The position numbers were made by a program, and so were the translations under genes. This document shows, piece after piece, positions 1 through 13,252 of a stretch of 64,000 bases of DNA. The DNA comes from Klebsormidium nitens (taxonomy: Eukaryota > Plantae > Klebsormidiophyceae): NCBI GenBank assembly GCA_000708835.1, contig DF237065.1, forward strand, positions 126,722-190,721. The letters are read 5' to 3'. Each line of letters begins with the position of its first letter. The stretch's first letter is position 1. Under the pieces are notes generated by a model. It searched no databases, had not been told where the DNA came from, and saw only the letters and a list, made by a program, of their open reading frames with translations.

Positions 1-1041
1 ACAAAGTGGTCCAAGGCCTGCACGGGCGGCGCCTAAAGTGATGGCCGGCAGGGACTGTTGGCGCATGATTAGAGCGAGGGCTTGGCAAAACGGACTGTAT
101 GTGATGCATGTTGCGTAAGAGGAGCCTTGTAATGCCTTGAAACCACTCAGTGTCGGATCGGACTGTTTTCAACGTTTCAATACTTACGTATCAGGTGAGG
201 ATCCGTGCAGCTATACATCCTTCCAACACTGCACATGTACGTTTCTTTTTCGCCCGAGCTCAGGAGGCTGGGCCCATATCACAAGAAACCACCCTCCCCC
301 CGGCCGCTCAAAATCTGCAACTGCTCGATTGCGGTTGACTCATTGCTAGGAAATTGAATGGTGAGGGGAACGTGTAATATTCTTAGATGATGTCATTCTC
401 ATCGGCGCCATATAATTAATTAGAGGCCGCACCGAGATTGCTCGGCCAGTGAACTGGCATGGATCCATCTGCATCAGCTCTACATAGTCTTTCGGACCTT
501 CCATGATCCATGTGTCCACAGACACTGGCCATGCCGATGGACTTGCTGATGCAGATCGAAGCACCCAACTTAGCAAGCAGAATTTCGAGTCAGGCAACGT
601 GCTTTCACGTACAGTCAAAGTGGAGTTTTTCAAGTCGAAAGCACTACCCTTGGGTGGCTGCTGACGCAGAGCATTACGTGTGTCCTTTTGATCTACAACC
701 GCAGAGGCTACCACTTCTCTAGAAACACTATTCAGCATAGACGAGTCTCACGCTTAGCAACGTACTCGTGTTCGACACGCTTGATCAGAGCACCACCATC
801 CTTTCTGCCGCCAACTGTTCACGACGAGTTGTCGCGGGCAGCAATTGACTGCACGTAGCATCTAGAATGGTTCCCTACTTGCAAGGACCACTTCTCAAGC
901 GAGGACGACTATTCAACGATAACACGCTCGCCTACAGGTGAGTGAGGGCAACCGCCATATGTATCTTGCAAAGTGAGTTCAGCGCTTTTATCGTGCCATA
1001 AGGGCAGCATAAGATACCGTAGCAATAGATACAAGTTGCGC

Positions 1042-4000
1042 TCAGCCGCCGTTAGCAGCTCTGGGCGATTGCCCATTGTTCTGAACGAGGGCGTTCCCGT
1101 GTCCGCTCGCGCCCGGCGACCGCGGAGACCGCGGGGAGCGGTACTCCTGCAGCTCGTGCCGGAGCCGCGACAGTTCCTCGCGCAGCTTGCGATTGGTCTC
1201 CTCCAAGTCGGCGGCCCGGATCTGGGGAAAAGCGGTACGGAACGATTGTGACGTCAAGCTCCAAGTTACATAATGCTCATGTCAAATAACCAGTTGGCTA
1301 CTTATTCAGGAAGTTCTGCGCATTTGCTGCTTTGCCTCTTCTAAGTCGGCAGCCCAGATCTGGGGGGTAAAGTTGTGACGTCAGCTCCAGACTGAAGCTC
1401 CAGTTCTCAAAACGTCACCGGCTGGTACAGCGACGGCACTTCCTCGGACAGTTGCTGCTTCCCTCCTTCAGCAGCTTGAACCCATCAAAGTCGAGGGTCA
1501 TCGTTTCTGCCGTTCGCCATCAGCGACTTAAGTAGTATATCAATCAAACAATTACTTTCCCTCATGAAGGCGACTCTGACCTGCATTTTACAACGGCGTG
1601 ACACGTCCGCATCGAAATCTGTGACCGATCCGCGTTACGAGGGTTGTTTTGCAAGGCCTGAGCCCCAAGGCCTAAGACCTGTGAAAGCGCAAAGCCGAAG
1701 CTTGAGAAGCGCAAAGGCAACAATCTGCAAAGAGCTTCGAAAGCGCGCAAGCCTCACCCTTTGTTCCTCGACCTCCCGCCGGGAGGCTGCGAGCATCGTC
1801 TCGAGCTCGGTGCTCTTCTCAGCGTCGAGCGCCGTCTCTACGTCGCCCATGTGCTGCTCCTCGACCTTGAACGTCTGCGTTTTCCTGGGGGAAAGGAAGG
1901 CGGGGATCTTTAGGGGGAAAAGAAATGTGCGCGTCCCTGCAATAGCATGCTTGATATGCGGGGTAGCAAGGGTCGCGCATTCATGCTGACGAAAGCACGA
2001 CTTCGCCAATGACAGAGAGGGTATCGGATGCAGAAGCGCCAATGGTAACGTTTGCGTATCGTAAAGGGGACGAATCGGATCAGGCTTTTAATTGTCAACT
2101 TTTCCCGGTTGAGCCCGATTTGGATCCCGCAATCGACGGGACTGCTACAACCTCTTGTGAAATTACTCTGGCAGAACAGTGAGTGACACAAACGGCGACC
2201 AACGCGGCTCAGTCATTGTACAAGTGAAGTGCGATCTGCTGTCAAAAGGACTCGGATACAACGTCCGAAGACACCAAAACAACAAAGTCAACGTGGCTCA
2301 ACCCTACCGGGACATACAAGCACCTTTCCTGTCGTAACACAAATGCTAGCCTGGTGTTCCGTAAGCGCAGATGGGTCGTACCCAGTGGAAGTGCAGGCCC
2401 GATTCCGGGTTGAATGCCGATATGGAACTTCAACTTGGAGCAGCCAAACGATTTTCCAGACGAGAACTCACCCTCCGTCCGGCACCACGAACTGCGCCGC
2501 CGTCGCGTCTAGCTGCTCGAGGGTGGCGCCCCGCCGGAGCCCGCCCTGGGTGCGCAGCTTGTACAGGAACGCGTCCAGGTACTTCTGCTTGTTAAAGAGG
2601 ACATTCCAGATGGGCTCCCAGTTCCTGCGAAAGTTGGGATTGTATATGTGGGATGCTTTGATAGAACGAAGCGCTCGGGTCAAGTTTCGAACGAACAATT
2701 TTTGTGATTGAGAAGTGAAAGGATCAGTTCCAGACCAGATTACCGAGTGGCATACCATTCTGTCCAGTCTTCACCAGCTTATTACTTGAGGAATAAGTTG
2801 AGTGAGGTATACAGCAGGGGCCTGTACCCACCTATGTTGAATTGGACACGGCAAAACTAGAAAGAGGCTGCCTTTCAGCAGGCCTGACTGGTGCCAAGTA
2901 GCTCAAAACGAGAGGTCGAACCAGACTACGAGAATTCAAGTTGAAAGAGAGCCAGATAGGGATTCAAAGTTGGTGCCGAAGTGTCCAACCTTGTGACTGG
3001 TCTCGTGACTGGTCACTTTGACCAAAAAACTGCACACGCACCTAACAGGTTTTGGTTATGTCCGATGCTGCTGGACACGAAATCAGTGTTTGTGCTTAGT
3101 AGAGAATGAAACCACATCCTTGGGGGCAAGTATGAAGACTCTGGTATTCAAACGAGTGACTCACTTGGCTGAGGGTAGAAAGATCAATCGGACATATGTG
3201 CAGAGAAATGTAGGACGACAGGGTAGACGGGTTTGGCACATACCTGATCCAGAAGAAGTAGAAGACCTCTGCCGAGACCGCCAGTGTGAAGAAGCACCGC
3301 CCCGTGACCTGGTAATAGGTCTTGGTGGACAGGATGACCATAGCCAAGAAGAAGAGGAAGAACGCAATGACGCCGCCATTGCGCACAGTGCTGCAAATGG
3401 ACCAGGAGAAGAGCGCTTTTGGACTTCGTTGCATTTAGAGGGGGGCGACGAAAACTCTTGTTTGGGAGGCGTTTAGATCCAACGAGGGTTTAATAAACGC
3501 AGGAAAAGCATTGGCTCACAGCCGCTTCACATGTTATGCAGCGGAGAGACAGACAGCATGACTCGACCGGCCGCTGGTCATGGAGAAGCAAGGTAGGTGC
3601 AGTATCCGTTTGGACTCTAAATGGTTCAAACGGTACTGCTTTTACACAGAAACGATACGTACTTCTGGGCCTGTCGGATTGTTTTCATGCCAAGAAATCT
3701 GAACACTGTTTCAAGGGAGGCTTCTATATGGAAGAGAAGAACCATTTGAATAAGTAAGATTCCGGATGGTCCATTGCCTTTAGCGAGAAACACTGCCTCG
3801 GACGCTGCTCTATTCAAACAGGAAGGAAGCAAGGTTTGAACGCTCCTGCCACCTAACTAGGGAAGGATCACTTGACACAGAAGAAACGATAAGGCCAGGA
3901 ATCTCAAGTCGAGCACGCTATCCTTACCCAAAACACCAGTACAGCTCTTTCTATCTGGTGGTGCGGAAAGGACTATAATTAAGGACTCCCTCTGAAAGGA

Positions 4001-5174
4001 CCGCTACAAACAGTGCCGGTCCCACCTGTACTCGTTGAACTCGTCGCGCACGTTGCGTAGCTGGAACGTCAGCACCACGAGAACAATAAAGTAGAAGGGG
4101 AGGATGACGAGCGCCGACACGGCCCACCGCCAGTTCTTAATGATGCAATCGCCCCGGACGTCGTCGTTGTTGAACGCGATGCACCGGAAACTGCACAAGG
4201 AGCAGAAAAAGTCTTCAGTCTTTGTTCTTCATTCTCGGCATGCACTCGCAATTGGTGAGGCAACGAGAGTTGATACAACGCGTCAGCAATAGAATCTTAA
4301 AAGGAAAGCAGCAGGACTCTCTGCCTTCCGCGTTGAGGGCAGTGAGATACAAGTGACTTGAAGTCCTCATGCGTCACTATGCTCCCAAAGGTATGCGAAT
4401 GCCTCTTCGAAGGGAAGCAAGCAACCATATTCTTCAGTAGGGGAACTTTTACCAATATCCATTGGGTTCAACCAGACTTGATTGGAGAAGTGAATCTCTG
4501 ACCATCCTTGACCAGGACATCCCACCAGAATTGGTCCAGTCAAATGCCAGGGTTTACATTGTCTGAGAAGCCAAAGCAGATTTGGCTCAATCCAAACACA
4601 AACGCTCACCCAAGCCGCGCCCTGCGGCTTGAAAAAGAAGTTTGGAGACAAGTGTGCCTCACTTGCTGGCGTGCTGGGCCGAGGCAAAGATGCAGAAGAT
4701 GATGACTGGCAGCAGGAGGACTACGAGCGGGATCCAAAAGTCCCGCTCCGTGGTCTTTTTGGCCTGGACGAGCAGGCGGTGGAGACGCCACATGCGAACA
4801 ATCAGGCAGTTGAGCCAGAGCGCAAAGCCGAGCCCCAGCTGCAACCAAAACGTCCACAACGTACAGATCGTCCAGAACGTGTTCTTCGGACGTCCGAAAT
4901 GGTCGTTCACCACAATGGTTGCAGCAATCCAGATGAGCCCGCCGATGGAGCTTATGACCGTAGCGTCCACGCGCTTATACTTGATGGGGAGGTAGTTTCG
5001 GTGCCAGACCATGACGGCGTTCCCCAGAATAAAAGGAATGACGCAGACTCCAACTATCGCAATAACGACAATGTCCAAGGCTTGGTTGGGGGGAGACCCC
5101 AAGCGCTTCTCATCAGTTCCCGAGAGGTCATACCCCTCACAGTCTCCCGAAGTGACAAAGTTGTTGGAACTCAT
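1042..5174 (-). CDS. 7-transmembrane protein similar to the TM region of plant 7TM-RGS1, with a C-terminal coiled coil instead of an RGS domain (~430 aa)
   Basis: Exons 5174-4663, 4190-4026, 3390-3244, 2624-2472, 1884-1758, 1221-1042, all GT-AG with matching phases. Seven hydrophobic segments. Motifs CTLWTFWLQLGLGFALWLNCLIVRMWRLH and LTFQLRNVRDEFNEY resemble AtRGS1 [29 protein letters not shown] and FTRAVRHVEFRFDELR (recalled). Tail EEQRIRAADLEETNRKLREELSRLRHELQEY is heptad-like. Confidence 0.8.
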
Positions 5175-6498
5175 TTTGTTTCACTCTAGTTGTTTCTTCA
5201 GTATGAGGAATTTGTACTCAATTCTTCTATGTATGATGGAAAACAGTTCTCCCCTGATTGTCTCTGTAAGAGGAATGGTCCACCTGAATAGGTAGCTTGT
5301 ATGGTTTTCTCTTGCCTAGCGCAAGCTAGGATACTTTGCTGTACAGATGAAAACCTTCTTATGCTTCTTCTGGTAGACCCTTTCTTCTTTACCCCAGCAT
5401 CCCGGAATATGGAAAGGCTCGCTGACCAAACAATGTCAGAGAAGGTGAAGCCGCGCCTAGGCGCTAATGCAACCACCACAGCAAAGCGCAACTCTGACTA
5501 AGCCCTCGTGCCGTTTCTCACGGTAACTACTCAGCCGATTACCGGTATTCCAGAGCAGCGCATTCCACCACTGGCAACAAAGCACGGCCGTTTCCCAACC
5601 ACAATGCCCAACAAGCAGCAGCACAATCCTGCCTGCTTCTGAACCTGAGCGTTCAGCTCCGAAACGAGGAAGTTGCTGCAAAATTTTCCACAGACGAATG
5701 CAGAGAAATGAGGGAACCCGCAAGGTCGCACCTCCGCACTTTTCTCCTCGTGATTCGCGCGCCTACATCTATTTTGTGCGCGACTCAGCATCCCAGGCGC
5801 TCATCGGGCGCAGATTGTGTGCAGAAAGCACATTGGCTAGCGCAACTGAGTTGACTTTCGCTTGTCCGTAGTCAAAGTCCATCCCCTCTAGCTAGCTGTG
5901 CACAACTAGACAGGGGACGATCGGACAAAGTCTGGGCTCTGGAAAACCCTAATAGGATCATGCCGTCTCTGCTCAGTGTGGAGAGCAGCAATCTTTTGCT
6001 GCATTTCGGAACGTGGGGTGTGACCGCTGTTTTCCTCGTTGAGAAGTGAGGAGGTACACTGACATAATGCTCAATGCCGCCGTGGCTAAGGGGGGGCTAA
6101 GAAGTGCAATGCTGTGAGACGATTCCCGCACATTCTCGTCCATGATAAAGGCAGACCTGTGGAGCCCATGCTGTAGATTTGACTGATGGGAGACGCTACA
6201 GCTCGGGTACAGCTCTGCCACTCGACGACCCTGCAACTCTTGAGCTTGTCCCTCTCTAGGTGCTAAGGTTGGAAGAAGAGCCTTCTTTGCAGCAAGTCTC
6301 CCATCTGACACATCATTGGACACAGTGGTCCCCTTCCTTCTGGCTTCCTTTCTTAACAAACTCGCATTCAGAAGTGAGTTTGCTTCGCGAGCAAGTGAGG
6401 GCAAATGGTTCGATACTTGTAAGCCCAGTCAACAGATGTAAGCCCGGTCAATGAAGGCCGCTACTTGAGTTGTCATTGATGGTGGTCTGGATGGAAAC

Positions 6499-7845
6499 AT
6501 GGAAACACAAGCAGGATTTGAGCGCCAGCAAGGTCCAGCCTTTGTGTATAGAATCAGCAACGTTGAGGAATGGAAGCGGGCGCAGGAGGAGGGTGGCTTG
6601 TGGGGGAGCCAGATGGATCGAGACAGCGGCTTCGTTCACCTCAGTTCAGAAGAACAGGTGAGGCAGCAAGCAGCAGCAAAATACAGACCGCTTGACATAA
6701 ACCGACCGCAAAAGGACAAAAGCAGCGTGCTTTTGAAAGTGGAGAGGATAGTGTTAAATTGCTTCTTCAGGGTGAACCACCCTCACCTGCAATAGGGTAC
6801 TTGTCTTTGACAGGCTGAGGGTGATCCTCTGGAAGACCGTTTCACAATAGGTCGAGAGGTGGTGTGGCAAGGGAGGAGGATCATGAATGGGAGTATTGCT
6901 GCTTGACAGGTCCCGGCAACTCTGAAGAGGTTCTTTGTCGGGCGGGAGGATATTATCCTGCTCAAGATCGACGCTGCCAAGGCGAGTCTCCAACTGAACC
7001 TGTTCGTGTGAAGCGGTGAATCTGTCTGCGTGAATTTGATCTTGTTTTTCAGTGCCCAAATCGTTGAGACGATGATGTGCTACAGCTGTTTGCGTCAAAC
7101 TTGCTATCAGGTTCCAACCTTATGAGCATGGGTCCAGACCTTCAACCTTCCGATGTCTTTCCTATCTTCAATCGAAAGCTTCAAGATTAAAAAGCATGCT
7201 TGGAGCACTTAATTTTCATCGGCAATTTCGGAGCAAATAGCTGCGAGTCCCAACGAAACCCCCGCAAGACCTTCCAAATAAGTTGCAAACAAAACAGTTG
7301 CTCAGATTGCGAGTCTGTTTCACTTGGTCGTAACTGTCGGCAGGTCCTTATCTAGCAGCAGCAGTCCGCCCGATGAAAAAGATCGACACTTTGAAGCTTG
7401 ACCAAAGTTTGCCAAAAGTTTCCTCAAGGATTGCCCTTTGGCTTGGTAGCTTTGATTTTGGCGACACAAATGCATCTGAATCATCCTTACATGGGAATCA
7501 GCTGCTTTACTACAGCTCCTTCCGAGCAACCTGCCACTTTTAGTGAAAATTTTAGACTAACTTAGTCAGTCTGTTGTTGAGTGAAATTACTCTAAAATAG
7601 ATGACACTAAAACTGGCCGGTTGATCGGGAGAAGCTGTAAGATCATATTCGATGAGCGCCGTTCACTTTTGCGGCTTGTCATGTTAGTTCGATGCATTTT
7701 GCAGCTTGGGGCCCAACTCAGGTTTGAGGATACCACAGGCCACGGAGTATTCCCACACTTCTATGGATCGGACGGGGAATACCATGCGTTGCCATTAGCC
7801 GCGATTTTACAGGCGGAACCAATTACTCACGAATTCAGGTTTTGA
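6499..7845 (+). CDS. DUF952 family protein
   Basis: Exons 6499-6657, 6910-6981 (GC donor AAG|GCGAGT), 7705-7845. Motifs VYRISNVEEWKRAQ, DRDSGFVHLS, LLKID and FPHFYG match DUF952. Confidence 0.88.
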
Positions 7846-7872
7846 ACCTAGGAATTCAGGTTTTGAACCTAG
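7831..7872. repeat. Perfect 21-bp tandem duplication spanning the DUF952 stop codon
   Basis: gaattcaggttttgaacctag twice (7831-7851, 7852-7872). Confidence 0.95.
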
Positions 7873-8781
7873 GTCCAAGCTAGACCAGAAGTACGTGCAT
7901 GCAACCGGCCAGAATTTTTAGAGCTACGGGTTCCACGATATGAGATTTGTGCTACGCAGTTGAGCTTTCTGTCATAGCGCGGCGGCCAGTGCCTCTTCAC
8001 AAGACGGACATAGGCCGACCAGGCTCGACGGAACCGCAATCTTCAGTGGACATCACATCCAATCTATACATACCTATATATTGCGCGATTGGTCAGTATA
8101 TAAGCTGCACTGGCATGCACGATTGTCGGAATGCGAAGCATAACTCAGCTGTACTTGCGCAAACGTTGCATGATTCAGCATGCATAGTAGACTTCACACC
8201 GGCACGATTTGATTTGACCTCGATTGCCAATTCAGTCAGGGCAGACGGTCAATCATGCACTGACATTTGCGTAGACCCCGTCACACGCACGCACCTATAC
8301 TGACATCATCGACTTAAGATCAAAGTATGATTAGTCAAGCTCTTAACAGTCCAAATCCTGCAAAATGTTGGACACGTATCACCGACTCTGTGGATTGGTG
8401 TGGCCGTGCTCAAAGCTTGCTTTTGGTACCATACACGAATCAATCCGAGAGCTCTCTAATCTAGTAGACGCATATCCGCATCTGGATCTGTCACTGCGAC
8501 CTAGCGGGAAGAGAATGTCAAGGAAACTGGAGGCTCAGTATCATCCTCTAGCCGAGCAGGGTGCATTCATCAAATCAAAGATTCTTTCTACTACAGGTAA
8601 AACCTTTTTCATCTTCTGTCTGGGCTTAGCCCTTCGATTCTTTGGCAGCCCTCTCTTGACTCCACTTTTTGGGGTACACCAACATGGATGTATTGACCCT
8701 CATCTTCAACAGCGTGCCGTGTGCGCTTGCAGTACTTATAGTACATGAACGTGTGGATCGTCATCAATCCTAGAAATGATA

Positions 8782-11700
8782 CTAGTCTCGGTGGGAAGCG
8801 GTCAGCTGCGTTCTTTGGGAGCCTTTGAGGGTCTTGATTTCCGCTTGGAGAGCGGCTATGACTTGGTCCTGTCAGAAAGAAAGAAACAAAGTCACCGACA
8901 AGAGCCCAAGCGTGGGAGCTTCAATTGGTCAAAAGTGAAGCTGTTTCACCGTACCAATGATTGATCTATGCACACTTGCCGCAAACATGAGATAATTTAA
9001 GTTCTTCTGACCATCTTGCAAAGCCCCTCAGGTAGTATTGCATTTGCTCAAACTATGCTCTTTAAGTCCTTCTAGGCCGGACGGAAAAGCACTGAAAAGG
9101 GGTACGATGATTCTCCGACATGTATGCGTACGGCTTCCAATACTTGCGGAGTGCGTAGGCGGCTATTATTGATAAGTTCATAACTAATTGCTGGTATGGT
9201 ACGTTGCGAGAAAACAAGGTCATCTCGAGGAAACCAACCGGACCGGAAAAGTAATACGACATACTGAAAGTGTGCGGAGCACTGAAGGAATCAATGAGAC
9301 GAGGCATTTCCAATACGATAGCCTTGGTTCTGGGAGGAACACAACTGAAGCGCCCTGCCATAGCCATGCGATGCTTTGCCACAAGGCGCTCGAGCGCATG
9401 CGCATGCGTTCAGAGGTGCCTCTGTAACTGGCGAATGGATAGCGCAGCAAGTACTTTGAAAAGAAGAGAGCGGAATTTGGGGTGAAAAGACAATCTATCC
9501 CCTTGGGAGCCGACCCAAAAGGAGGCCAACTAAGAGGCCGATACGAGACGCTGAAAGCGGCTAGCTTCGAACATGAAAGTTATGCTGGATTGCGTGAAGT
9601 AAGCGGGAATAATGTCTGACCTTGTGTTCGAGGCGCACCTCCAGGTGGGCGCGCGTCCTCAAGCGCTTTCAGCAGCTCTTCCCCAAACGCAAAGCAAGAC
9701 AGCACTAGAAAAGCGGAACGTTAAACCATGCGCTCTAGCACGAAGAAAAAACTAGAGAGGGGACATCCTGACCTTTGTGCTCGAGGCGCACCTCCAGGTG
9801 GGCGCTCCGTTGTCGCTCCTCCTCAAACGCCAAGCAGAAAGCGGCGCTCTTTGAGAACCAGGGAGGTAAAGAACTAGAGAGGGGAGAGTCTGACCTTGTG
9901 CTCGAGGCGCACCTCCAGGTGTGCGTTCCGTTGCCGCTCCTCTTCGAGCGCTTTGAGCGCCGCCTGGCGCTGCACCTCCACCGCCGAAAGCTCCTTCACC
10001 AGCGCCTCAATACTCGCCTGCAGCTGCACGTCAAGGGGATGACGTCAGAGAGGATGGCGTGCGGGGATGACGTCAGTAAGGGGTTTGCATCCTGTTCTTG
10101 CTGCCCGTAAGTGCCATAGGAGAGACTTGTGGAATCTAGCTGCCATTAACCAGCCTTCTTAAACAGCGCCTCGATGCTCGTTTGAAGTTGCACACAGAGA
10201 TGACGTCAGCAAGGGCTACCAAGCCTCAGAAAGGGCTGCCAGCCACGAGGAGCCAAGCATCCCAAGATACGCAAGGTGCAACGCCAATTTTGATACTCAT
10301 CCATCGAAGTTTCATCAAATTCTCGTCAGTTCAAATGGATTCAAGATGCTCCTATATTTTGTTGATGCTGACTGAACTGCTGTTCTGATAGTTCAAAGTT
10401 GTTCAATCGAACAACAGTGTTCGAGAACCATACTACCAATAGAGACAACTGCTTATGCCAATGGAAACAGACAGCTTCGATCATCTCCTTATCCTCCTCG
10501 AACCGCCTCAGGGAAAATCGAAAGAACCAGAGGAGAACCTTCGGAAGCGAAAGGGGGAAACAAATACTCATTCACAAACTATGCCTTAGGAGCATCAACC
10601 TGTCACAAAGCCCAGGCCCTTGGAACGTAAAAGGTAATAGTCCTTGTGTAAAGACGACAAAAGCGGCCAGGCAAGCGTTTTAAACCCCGCAACCAAGTGC
10701 TTTGCTTTTCACCTGGGCTATCTCTTCTTCGTACGACACCTCTTCGTCCTTTCGCCGAGTCTCCAGGACGCTGTTGTAACGGTTCGGTTCTCCTGCTCTC
10801 CCATCCGACTCTAAGCGCCCGCTCACGGAGGCAGCTTCACTTCCTAGCCGTTGATCTTCCAGTTCGCTTGACTCTGGCCGTTCGTCTTCCCACCCCTCGC
10901 TCCACAAGCGCTCAAAGCGAGCAAAGCTTGCATAAAGCGAGCGGCCCACTTTCTCTAAAAGCCCCCCCGACGATTCCCCACCGTCCGCTCGCCTCTCTTC
11001 TTGACCGTTCGCTTCGCTCTCCGCACCCTTCACCAGGTCAACGCCCCGGTTAACGAAGTAACCCGCTTCCGCCTCCGGCCTGCCCCACCGGCCTTGGTAG
11101 CTTAATCCGTTTCTTTCAAACCCTTGGCTCGCGCCCACATAGGCCCCCTCTAACTTCTCCTCCAAACCCTCGTCTGCCTCCCTTAACCCGGCTCTTAACC
11201 GCAGAACGGTGGCCACAGCCCCCGCCAAAACCAGCGCTAGCCCCAGCACAACCCCCGCCCTCCCTACAGGCGACTGCGGCAGCTTAACCGGAACCACAGC
11301 CGTGACGGTTTGGCCGACCCGTCTCACTAACCCGTGGGTTGGGGGCGCCCGCGTCACAAGTGCTTCTTGAGCTGCCGCGTGGCGCTGGACGACGTCAGCA
11401 AACGTTTCTTGCGACATTGGGCCCCAGTAACCGGTTCCGGGGAGGCCCTGAGCGCGCTGCCATTCGCGGACCGCCACAAATGTTGCCTTTCCAAAGTACC
11501 TGCAAAAATTGAAAACGGTCTGTTCATGTATGTGTGTCCCAGAAGAAGAGAAGAAATAAACCCAACCGGTTATTCTTTGCCTGTCAAGAAAGGGCAATGT
11601 AGAAATTGAGGAGATTGTTGTATCAAAAGTATGGCCGAGTGACGGACTCATGACAGCGTATGACATGGGCAGTATGCACAAGAGCTCGAAAAGTGTTCTG

Positions 11701-13252
11701 CAGAAAGGAAAACAAACCCTGGTGTACAAACCCTGTGGTTAGAAGCGCGGCCGAATGTGCATGATAGGAATCAACTCAACGTGCCGATTACCTGGCACAG
11801 CATTCAGATCATACCGGACAGATCACGATATATGAATTGCAAGTACAGTACCTATCAGAATACAAAGCAGGATTGTGAGGGTGTCAATGAGCATATGCCA
11901 TGCTGCTGTTTTGCAACCCGTGAGTGGCAAAAACTGGTGAAAAGACACGAGAACTAAGAACAAGAAACAACCAAGCACTACAATAAAGCTAGCAGTTTGG
12001 GAATGGAACTAAAGCAACGCCGCTTGTAGCCTGGCTATTCCACTGCACTGCACTACTCGTGCATTACATGCACAAGTCCACACTTCACACACTATATTGA
12101 AGAACCCACAAGCTTGAGTCTGATACAAAGGTTAAAGAATGTGGCATGGTGGCTAAAGAATGGTGGCTAAAGAATATGGGCATCGCACACAGCATGTTTT
12201 CAAGCCCATCTGGTTTCAGTGGCACAGAGAAGGACGGAGTTGAAAGCAAACGGTAGCAGAAGGGCGATAGCAACGAAGAGGACAAACTAGCAGAGGTGGA
12301 CTAGGGGAAATCAGCACCCCCCTGTGAGTTGGCTGTATGCGGGCATCTGCGCAACTGTGGGCATTGCGCAATGTCCGCAATTGCGCAGGTTGCAACTTTC
12401 AACCTGATTGTAATGGCACCAAACCTAGCCACCATGAAACGCAGATAAATAGACAGGGAACAACGAAGAAAAGTTGCTCCAGACATGTAAAGGACGTGAG
12501 AGCACCCACCCCAATGATCTGGCTGTCGTGGGGGATATGCCTAACCGTGGGCATTGGTCAATATTGCAACTTTCAAGCGCACCTGATTGTAAAGGCATCA
12601 AAAGAAAGCCAACAGATAAAAGGGCAACGGAAAGGCTAATGGATAATGATAGCACCTACCCTGTGATTTGGCTGTCTTTCGGCATATGCCCGAACGTGTG
12701 CATTGCGCGCTGGAGCGCCTCGACGTCCGCGCCATAGTCCCCCTCCTTCAGGTCCCTCACAAACTCCAGCCATTGTAGCTCGTACACTGAGAATGGAAGC
12801 ACTTTGGACAGCTTGCCCAAGTTTCTCGCGTCTGGCGGCCCTGGAAACTGGTCGCTGTTAGAGTCGGTTTCGGGGGCCCGCCGTCGGCCCCAACGAGCTG
12901 TGACGTTTAAACGTTTCGGAATTCTGGTTTCAGAAGGTGGGGATGTGTTGAAGAATGGTGAGAATGCAGGGGCAGGAAGCCAAGGGGAGCGCAATGCAGA
13001 GCATTCGAGGAGGCGTGGGCTATGCAGAGATGGTCTCGTTAAGGCTGTTCTCAATCTGGAACTCGACGATAAAGCCCGCCCACTTGCGGACCCCAACGAA
13101 CAGTAAGCACCTGAACGATTGCGCCGCAAAAAGTGGGCTGTGTACTGAGGACTATCCCCTATGGAGGCTCCAGTGTCCCGCGCCTTTGAAGACAGTTTCA
13201 TTTTCTCAAAGGAGCAGCTAGCCATGGGCGTCCCTACGGCACCTGCCATCAC
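8782..13252 (-). CDS. Peptidoglycan-binding domain (PG_binding_1-like) protein with putative plastid transit peptide, one TM helix and C-terminal coiled coil (~531 aa)
   Basis: Exons 13252-12660, 11499-10713, 10023-9895, 8868-8782 (1596 nt, phases match). The spliced domain RDLKEGDYGADVEALQRAMHTFGHMPKDSQITGYFGKATFVAVREWQRAQGLPGTGYWGPMSQETF fits the PG_binding_1 pattern. TM segment GVVLGLALVLAGAVATVL. Start could be M1, M2 or M10. Confidence 0.8.

Noticed and set aside
5973-6404. 143-aa minus-strand ORF upstream of DUF952
   Set aside because: No clear start, splice context or homology.
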